Assembly (NCBI GenBank): GCA_030426295.1
Contig: JAUHYY010000001.1
Location: 1 to 46,060, forward strand
DNA from: a bacterium
GTDB taxonomy: Bacteria > Patescibacteriota > Gracilibacteria > UBA1369 > GCA-2718715
DNA: 46,060 nucleotides
Direction: 5' to 3'
The notes beneath the pieces are model-generated. The model had not been told where the DNA came from. It did not search any database and saw nothing but the letters and a program-made list of their open reading frames with translations. Made by a program: the position numbers and the translations under genes. This document shows, one piece after another, positions 24,306 to 30,877 of the stretch (positions are counted from its first letter, which is position 1; the number at the start of each line of letters is the position of its first letter).

Positions 24306-25985
24306 ATGGAATTTTTGCTTTTATTCGCCTTTCTTGCTGGGATAGTAACGATTTTGTCTCCGTGTATTTTGCCTTTGCTTCCTATTATTTTGTCGAGCTC
24401 GGTTACGGGTTCTAAGAAGTATCCGTGGGGCGTGGTTACTGGATTTATTTTGAGCTTCACATTTTTTACTTTGTTTTTGACTGCGGTGGTTGATGCAACT
24501 GGGTTGTCTGCGAATTTCGTAAGAACTCTTGCGATTGTAGTTGTATTTGGATTTGGTTTGGTGTTGGTTGTTCCGAAGTTACAAGTTTTGTTTGAGATTT
24601 TTGCGTCGAAGTTGGCAACTAAAGGTCAAAAAATTCAGAGTAAGTCTGATCATGCTGGGTTTAAGAGTGGATGTTTTGTCGGTCTTTCTTTAGGACTTGT
24701 TTGGACTCCGTGTGTTGGTCCAATTTTGGCTTCAGTGATTTCTTTGGCGTTGGTTGGTGCTGCTAACTCGCAGGCCGTATTTATTACTTTGGCTTATGCA
24801 ATTGGTACGGCGATTCCCATGCTTGCGATTTTATATGGTGGTCGAACTTTGGTTCAGAAAGTACCAGCGCTAACACGGAATTTAGGTCGGATTCAGAAAG
24901 TGTTTGGAGTTTTGATGATTTTGACTGCTATTGCTTTGTTTTTTAATTTTGATCGGCAGTTTCAGTCATATATTTTGGAGAAGTTCCCAAATTACGGTGC
25001 CGGTTTAACTCAGTTTGAAGAAAATGAAAAAGTTCAAAAGCAATTGGATGTACTTCGTGGGACTGATTCGTTTTCGACTGGAGATTTAGATGAAGTTAAG
25101 CCTGCACCTGAGCTGATTCAAGGTGGTGAGTGGTTTAATAGTGATCCACTTACCTTAGAAGAGCTTGAGGGTAAGGTTGTGCTTGTAGATTTTTGGACAT
25201 ATAGCTGTATAAATTGTATTCGAACATTACCTTATTTGAGAGCTTGGCATGAGAAATATAGTGATGACGGACTAGTGATAATTGGTGTACATGCTCCCGA
25301 GTTTGAGTTTGAGAAAAATCCTAATAATTTGAGAAAAGCTATAGAAGATTTTGAGCTTGAGTATCCGATTATGCAGGATAATAATTTTGAAACTTGGAGA
25401 GCTTATGAAAATCATTGGTGGCCTTCTAAATTCCTAGTTGATCATGAAGGTCAGCTGGTTTATAACCATCACGGTGAAGGCAAGTACGAAGAGACTGAAC
25501 AGTTGATTCAGAAGTTATTGAGTGAAGCAGGTTATGAGCCAACGGATTCTGTTTTTGATGCTTCATATTCGACTACAAGAGGGAGAACGCCAGAGACTTA
25601 TTTGGGTTATAGAAGAACTAAGAGGTTTGCATCTGGTGAAATCAAAAAAGATGAGATGAGCGTGTATGGGTATCCGGAATCTTTAGAGGAAAATGAGTAT
25701 GCGTATAGTGGTGGATGGACTTTCTTTGAAAAGCACTCCTTAGCTGAAAAGGGAAGTAAGTTGAAGATAAATTTCAGTGCTCAAAATGTGTATTTGGTTA
25801 TGAGTCCAGCGTTAGATGAGCAGGTTCGAGTTGCGGTTTATGTTGATGGAGAACAAGTAAAAACTGTGACTGTAGATGCTGATGAACTTTATACTTTGGC
25901 TGAATTAGATCAAGGTGGTACTCACGAGCTTGAGCTTGAGTTTTTGGATGGAAATACTAAGGTTTACGCTTTTACGTTCGGGTGA
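24306..25985 (+). CDS. DipZ-like protein: CcdA/DsbD transmembrane electron-transfer domain, thioredoxin-like domain, C-terminal beta-sandwich domain
   Basis: LSPCILPLLP and WTPCVGPIL (CcdA Cys pair); FWTYSCINCIRTLP (redoxin CxxC); C-terminal domain ending YAFTFG. Start moved to ATG 24306. Ends in TGA. Confidence 0.8.
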   Translation: MEFLLLFAFLAGIVTILSPCILPLLPIILSSSVTGSKKYPWGVVTGFILSFTFFTLFLTAVVDATGLSANFVRTLAIVVVFGFGLVLVVPKLQVLFEIFASKLATKGQKIQSKSDHAGFKSGCFVGLSLGLVWTPCVGPILASVISLALVGAANSQAVFITLAYAIGTAIPMLAILYGGRTLVQKVPALTRNLGRIQKVFGVLMILTAIALFFNFDRQFQSYILEKFPNYGAGLTQFEENEKVQKQLDVLRGTDSFSTGDLDEVKPAPELIQGGEWFNSDPLTLEELEGKVVLVDFWTYSCINCIRTLPYLRAWHEKYSDDGLVIIGVHAPEFEFEKNPNNLRKAIEDFELEYPIMQDNNFETWRAYENHWWPSKFLVDHEGQLVYNHHGEGKYEETEQLIQKLLSEAGYEPTDSVFDASYSTTRGRTPETYLGYRRTKRFASGEIKKDEMSVYGYPESLEENEYAYSGGWTFFEKHSLAEKGSKLKINFSAQNVYLVMSPALDEQVRVAVYVDGEQVKTVTVDADELYTLAELDQGGTHELELEFLDGNTKVYAFTFG

Positions 25986-25986
25986 T

Positions 25987-26014
25987 TTGACATTTTGTGC
26001 TACTCTTATATAAT
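25987..26014 (+). promoter_or_regulatory. Consensus sigma-70 promoter (TTGACA-16-TATAAT)
   Basis: TTGACA at 25987-25992, 1 nt after the TGA stop; TATAAT at 26009-26014; ATG at 26036. Confidence 0.65.
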
Positions 26015-26035
26015 TGTTTCTTGTAACTTTTATAC

Positions 26036-26458
26036 ATGACAAGAACCGTACGTATCCCTTTAGATGCAGATCATGATTTAGCTAGGGCAATAGCTGAAGA
26101 TACTGCAGAAAATCCGCAATATGATTCTTTTTTGGATTACTTAAATAATTCTGGGACTAATTTTCTTTATGCAAATTTTGATTCTGCTAGGTATATGCAG
26201 ATACCGGACGGAGATTTGCCTATCGTAGCTGACTTAGTTAGCTACGATTGTTCACTGCGTTTGATTGATTCTGCTAGGGTTAAAGGAGGGCCTGATTTAG
26301 TTTATAGATATGTTGGTGATTATAGAGGTGAAAAATATGAGGTTATTAAAATTGGTATGCGTAATGGGGATCCGAAGGTTCCTGCCAGAATATTGTTTAG
26401 AAAAGTTGATAAGGTGCAAGGTGTTGTTGCAAGTACCAGGTCAAAACTTGTAAGGTAG
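26036..26458 (+). CDS. Hypothetical 140-aa protein (orphan)
   Basis: ORF preceded by a consensus promoter; no recognisable motif. Confidence 0.45.
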   Translation: MTRTVRIPLDADHDLARAIAEDTAENPQYDSFLDYLNNSGTNFLYANFDSARYMQIPDGDLPIVADLVSYDCSLRLIDSARVKGGPDLVYRYVGDYRGEKYEVIKIGMRNGDPKVPARILFRKVDKVQGVVASTRSKLVR

Positions 26459-26477
26459 AGAAAATTAATTTTAAAAA

Positions 26478-27143
26478 ATGAATCAAGACGAACAAAAAAA
26501 GATAGCTGGTTATAAAGCAGCAGAATTTGTTGAGAATGGAATGATTGTGGGGCTCGGTACGGGGTCTACTGCTAAGCATGCTGTTGATGCTTTGGGTGAG
26601 AGACTTACAGAAAATTTTAATATAACTGGGGTGCCAACAAGTGATAGAACTGCCGATCAAGCTAATGGTTATGGAATCCAGCTACTCGATGAACCTAATG
26701 TTGAGAATATTGATGTAACGATTGATGGTGCTGATCAGATTGATCCCAAGACTGGGCTTTGTATTAAGGGAGGCGGTGGTGCTCATTATCTTGAAAAGAA
26801 AGTTGCCAAGAAAACTGCTAAGCAGATTATTATTGCTGACGATTCAAAGCTTGTAGATAATTTTGGTGGGTATGATGTTCCTTTAGAAATTGATGAGTCG
26901 AAGCGAGCTGGAGTTCGGCTGTATTTTGAAGATGCTTCTATGCAATTTGAATATCGTGAAGAAAAAAGTGACAGTGGTAATTTGATTGGTGATGTTGTTT
27001 TCGATGGGAGTAAAACTTTAGAGGAATTTGAAGCAGAACTGATGCAAATTGATGGAGTTATTGATACTGGCGTGTTTAATGGTCTTGTTGATATGCTGAT
27101 AGTTGGAAAAGAGGATGGAAGTGTGGAGGTTATTAGTTATTAG
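26478..27143 (+). CDS. rpiA: Ribose-5-phosphate isomerase A
   Basis: VGLGTGSTAKHAVDAL, IDGADQIDP, CIKGGGGAHYLEKKVA. Confidence 0.9.
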   Translation: MNQDEQKKIAGYKAAEFVENGMIVGLGTGSTAKHAVDALGERLTENFNITGVPTSDRTADQANGYGIQLLDEPNVENIDVTIDGADQIDPKTGLCIKGGGGAHYLEKKVAKKTAKQIIIADDSKLVDNFGGYDVPLEIDESKRAGVRLYFEDASMQFEYREEKSDSGNLIGDVVFDGSKTLEEFEAELMQIDGVIDTGVFNGLVDMLIVGKEDGSVEVISY

Positions 27144-27171
27144 TTATTGGTCATTGGTCATTGGTTATGTA
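27130..27171. repeat. Period-7 tandem repeat (ttattag ttattag ttattgg tcattgg tcattgg ttatgta) spanning the rpiA stop
   Basis: Six heptads read directly from the sequence; the rpiA TAG (27141-27143) lies inside unit 2. Confidence 0.7.
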
Positions 27172-27197
27172 TTATAATTACGTATTATAATATTTCG

Positions 27198-28619
27198 ATG
27201 ATGATCAAAGCGGAGAAGAATTTTACAATGATAATATTTGGGGCTTCAGGTTCACTGGCCAAGTTGAAGATTTTCCCATCTTTATATGAACTTATTTCTG
27301 AAGGGCGTATGCCTGAAGAATTTAAAATTGTTGGTTACTCAAGAACTGAAAAAACTGATGAGGAGTTTAGAGCTGAGTTTGCTGAATCTGTTAAGCATGA
27401 AGTTGAGAATGTAGATGATAAAGTTTTAGATGAATTGGTTTCGAATGTTTTTTATCATACTGGTCAATACGATAATCATGACGATTATGTGGGGCTTTGC
27501 GAAAGATTAAAAGAAATTGAAGAGACTGAAGATAGGGTTCGCGTTGGGTATTTTTCTGTTCCGCCTTCTGTTTTTGATGACATTATTAAAGGTGTTGGTG
27601 AAACTTTGAACAAAGAAGATGTCGAGTTGAGGCTTATTTTTGAAAAACCATTTGGCGAAAATTATGTGACGTCAAAAGAGTTGAAACGAAAGATCTTTGA
27701 TCAGTTTGAGAGAAACCAGGTGTTCTTGCTTGATCATTATTTAGGTAAAGAGGCTGTGTTTAATTTGCTTTCGCTTAGGTATGCGAATTCGATTTTTAGT
27801 TATTTGATTCAAGGTAAGAATATTGCGAACATTCAGATTACAGCAATGGAGTCCGTTGATATTGAAGGGCGTGCTGGTTATTTTGATAATGTGGGGATTT
27901 TGAAAGATATGGTGCAGTCGCATTTGTTCCAGATTCTTGCGTTTTTGACTATGTATATTCCGAGATCTTTTGAGTCAAAGTTGGTGCATCAGTCGAAAGT
28001 GCATTTGCTTGAGAATATGTATTTTGAAGGTTCTCCTGAAGATATTGTTAGAGGTCAGTATGAAGGGTATAGAGGTCATGATGGAGTTAGTGAAGATTCG
28101 AATACTGAAACTTTTGTTGCTCTTAAGATGGGTATTGATTCTACGAACTGGCATGGGGTTCCGATTTATTTGAGAACAGGTAAAAGCTTGAAGCAAAAGT
28201 GGACTTCGGTTGTGATTGAGTTTGCTCCACATCAGTATCAGAAAAAGCTTGGGGAAGGGCGTACTAATAAGTTGGTGATGATCCTTCAGCCTGATGAGTC
28301 TGTGAGTTTTCATCTTTTGACTAAGCAAGGTGGTCGTGAACTCCAGTTTGATGAAGAGGTAACAAGTAAGCCAATTTATTGTAAGGGGGATTGTACTAGT
28401 GAGCATACCCGATTGCTGCTTGAGTGTATTGCTGGTGATCACATGTTGTTTTTAGACTTCCCTGAGATTTATGAGGCGTGGAAAATAATTGATCCGATTG
28501 GTGAGATGTTTGAGAATGATAAGGTTCCGCTAGATATGTATGAAGTTGGTGGAGTTGGTCCAAAATCTGCTGATGAGCTTATCGAGAGAGATGGATTTAA
28601 GTGGCATAATTTCTTCTAG
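27198..28619 (+). CDS. zwf: Glucose-6-phosphate 1-dehydrogenase
   Basis: IFGASGSLAKLKIFPSLY (NADP site), EKPFG, DHYLGKE, RGQYEGY. Start moved to ATG 27198. Confidence 0.9.
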   Translation: MMIKAEKNFTMIIFGASGSLAKLKIFPSLYELISEGRMPEEFKIVGYSRTEKTDEEFRAEFAESVKHEVENVDDKVLDELVSNVFYHTGQYDNHDDYVGLCERLKEIEETEDRVRVGYFSVPPSVFDDIIKGVGETLNKEDVELRLIFEKPFGENYVTSKELKRKIFDQFERNQVFLLDHYLGKEAVFNLLSLRYANSIFSYLIQGKNIANIQITAMESVDIEGRAGYFDNVGILKDMVQSHLFQILAFLTMYIPRSFESKLVHQSKVHLLENMYFEGSPEDIVRGQYEGYRGHDGVSEDSNTETFVALKMGIDSTNWHGVPIYLRTGKSLKQKWTSVVIEFAPHQYQKKLGEGRTNKLVMILQPDESVSFHLLTKQGGRELQFDEEVTSKPIYCKGDCTSEHTRLLLECIAGDHMLFLDFPEIYEAWKIIDPIGEMFENDKVPLDMYEVGGVGPKSADELIERDGFKWHNFF

Positions 28620-28621
28620 AT

Positions 28622-29206
28622 ATGATTATTCATAAGTATAAAACTAAGGAGGACTGGATGGATGCGATTTTAGAGTCGTTGGATTTACATATGGGTGATA
28701 CGGTTGGCCTTGCAGGAGGTGGTACCCCTCGACCTATTTATGAGAGTCTTGATTATGAGACAGTGAATTTTATATCTATAGATGAGCGTGCTGATGGGAG
28801 CAATTTAAACATGATTAGTGAGGCAATGCCTGATGCAATGGTTACTGGCTTTGATGCTAGCTTGCCTATTGATGATGCTTTGAATGAAATGACTGTGGTA
28901 CTTGAGGGAGAGATTGCACAGAAAGGTTATATTTTTGATTTACTTATTCTTGGGATGGGACCAGATGGGCATGTGGCATCGATTTTCCCTGATTCTGAAG
29001 TTCCTGAAGATGAGTTAGTTTGTCATACCACTACAGATGTATTTGATGTACATGATCGTATGACTTTGACTTATAAAGCATTGGAAAGTTCTAAGCGAGT
29101 CATATTGTTGATTAGTGGTGAAGTGAAGCTTGAGTTGCTTGAGGACTTGAAGGGTGATTTACCTATAGATCGGTTTGTTGAGGGGCTCGAAGTTTTTGCT
29201 TATTGA
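28622..29206 (+). CDS. pgl: 6-phosphogluconolactonase (short form)
   Basis: GLAGGGTPRPIYESL, DERADGS, LILGMGPDGHVASIFP. Ends in TGA, with TAA two codons later. Confidence 0.8.
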   Translation: MIIHKYKTKEDWMDAILESLDLHMGDTVGLAGGGTPRPIYESLDYETVNFISIDERADGSNLNMISEAMPDAMVTGFDASLPIDDALNEMTVVLEGEIAQKGYIFDLLILGMGPDGHVASIFPDSEVPEDELVCHTTTDVFDVHDRMTLTYKALESSKRVILLISGEVKLELLEDLKGDLPIDRFVEGLEVFAY

Positions 29207-29272
29207 TTTAAGTAATATTTTAGGTTGGGTTGAAGTATCTTCGTTAGTTTTGTTTAAAACTAATTATTTTGG

Positions 29273-29515
29273 ATGTCTGATTTTATTTTTACTCTTCATG
29301 CGAAGTTGAGGATGAAGGAACGAAATATATCTTTGAGTGAAGTTAAGAGAGTTGTTAAGAATCCAATGAAATTGGCGATAAAGGATGAAGGATATATGGC
29401 TATTGGCTTAAGAAATAACGGGCACGCTATATTGGTGTATTATGTTTCTGAAAGTGATAATATAAAAGTAATTACAGTTATTACGACTTCAAAAGTATCT
29501 AAATATTTAAGCTAA
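29273..29515 (+). CDS. DUF4258-family protein (putative toxin component)
   Basis: FTLHAKLRMKERNISLSEVKRVV is the characteristic DUF4258 N-terminus. TAATG overlap with the next ORF. Confidence 0.65.
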   Translation: MSDFIFTLHAKLRMKERNISLSEVKRVVKNPMKLAIKDEGYMAIGLRNNGHAILVYYVSESDNIKVITVITTSKVSKYLS

Positions 29516-29721
29516 TGTATAAAATTGAGTATGATGAAAATTCCAGGGTTTTAAAGCTTCGGCTTAAGGAAGTTGCTAGTGTTGATAGTGAAGTTAAAGG
29601 TAATGTTGTTATGGATTTTGATAGTGAAGGAGAACTTGTAAACATAGATGTTATGGATGTTAATCTTGAGGATTTAGCAAACTCTGTTGTTGATGGTGAA
29701 ATAAAAGTAAACAAAGCGTAA
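29515..29721 (+). CDS. DUF2283-family protein (putative antitoxin partner)
   Basis: YDENSRVLKLRL...VVMDFDSEGELVNIDVMD matches the DUF2283 pattern. Translationally coupled to the DUF4258 gene. Confidence 0.65.
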   Translation: MYKIEYDENSRVLKLRLKEVASVDSEVKGNVVMDFDSEGELVNIDVMDVNLEDLANSVVDGEIKVNKA

Positions 29722-29780
29722 ATTTTTGCTTATTAGAGCTGTTTTTGGTATAATATTTAGATGTACTAAATATATATTTT

Positions 29781-30062
29781 ATGCGTGGACCCAACAGAGT
29801 TTCTTATTTTATAAGTAAGCATGACGAAGTTAGTGCTGATATGATCTACTTAGCTGAGTCATTGGGGTATGACCCATCTTTATTTGATGCACTTTTTGAT
29901 GAATTTAAAAAATTAAATATTCTTGATGTGCAGGTGGCACTTTTAAATGAGGTTGTAGCTAGTGGTAGTGGGACAGATTTCAAGAAATGGCTTACAAATT
30001 GGGAAGACACGTTAGGTCATACTGATAGTCCAGCTGGTACAGTTCCATTTAGTTTACAATAA
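29781..30062 (+). CDS. Hypothetical 93-aa protein
   Basis: ORF only. Confidence 0.35.
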   Translation: MRGPNRVSYFISKHDEVSADMIYLAESLGYDPSLFDALFDEFKKLNILDVQVALLNEVVASGSGTDFKKWLTNWEDTLGHTDSPAGTVPFSLQ

Positions 30063-30086
30063 TTAAATAGTTAATAATTTGTTTCA

Positions 30087-30740
30087 ATGAACGAAGAAAT
30101 ACAAAATGAGCTTAATGAGAAAGATTTTAGGGTAGTAGTTTTTGGTTCTGCGAGAACTAAGGCTGGTGATCCTGAATATGAGCAAGTTTATAAACTTGGA
30201 TATGCTATTGGTGAAATGGGTGCGGATGTTGTGACTGGAGGTGGTCCTGGAATGATGGAAGCTGCCAATAAAGGTCATATGGATGGTAAAGAAGGGAATG
30301 GTCATGAAGATGCACATTCTATTGGGATTGGAATTAAGCTTCCTTTTGAAGAAGGTTTTAATAAACATTTAGATATAAAAGAGAACCACAATCGATTTTC
30401 TACAAGGCTTGATTCGTTTATGGAGCTTTCTAATGTAGTTGTGATTACTCCTGGAGGAATTGGTACTTTGCTCGAGTTTGCTTACACCCTTCAACTGATT
30501 CAAGTTGGGCATATTTGTAAGATACCTATTATATTGATGGGCGATATGTGGGAAGGTCTGGTTGAGTGGATAAAGTCAGATATTATTGGATGCAGCTATG
30601 CTGATGAAGATGATTTAGATGTGATTGAGATTGCTAATAATTGGGAAGAAGCCGCTGAAATGATTAAGAAAACTCAAGAGTGTTTTGAGAATGGTGAATA
30701 CGATTCATGTTTGAATTGGGATGTTTATAGGAACAGGTAG
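30087..30740 (+). CDS. LOG-family (TIGR00730) nucleotide phosphoribohydrolase-like protein
   Basis: VVVFGSARTK, VVTGGGPGMMEAANKG, PGGIGTLLEF (PGGxGTxxE motif). Confidence 0.85.
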   Translation: MNEEIQNELNEKDFRVVVFGSARTKAGDPEYEQVYKLGYAIGEMGADVVTGGGPGMMEAANKGHMDGKEGNGHEDAHSIGIGIKLPFEEGFNKHLDIKENHNRFSTRLDSFMELSNVVVITPGGIGTLLEFAYTLQLIQVGHICKIPIILMGDMWEGLVEWIKSDIIGCSYADEDDLDVIEIANNWEEAAEMIKKTQECFENGEYDSCLNWDVYRNR

Positions 30741-30741
30741 A

Positions 30742-30790
30742 GGATGGTTAATGGCTGATGTTTAATAGCGAATAGTGAATGGCTGATTTT
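30742..30790. repeat. Period-7 tandem repeat (ggatggt taatggc tgatgtt taatagc gaatagt gaatggc tgatttt)
   Basis: Seven heptads starting right after the LOG gene stop (30738-30740). Confidence 0.6.
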
Positions 30791-30877
30791 TATTGAGTAT
30801 TTTGTGTCATTTATAATTTAAGTTTGGTCTTTTTGGAGGTTTGGGTTATTTTTGATTTTGTAATTTAAGCTTATTTT

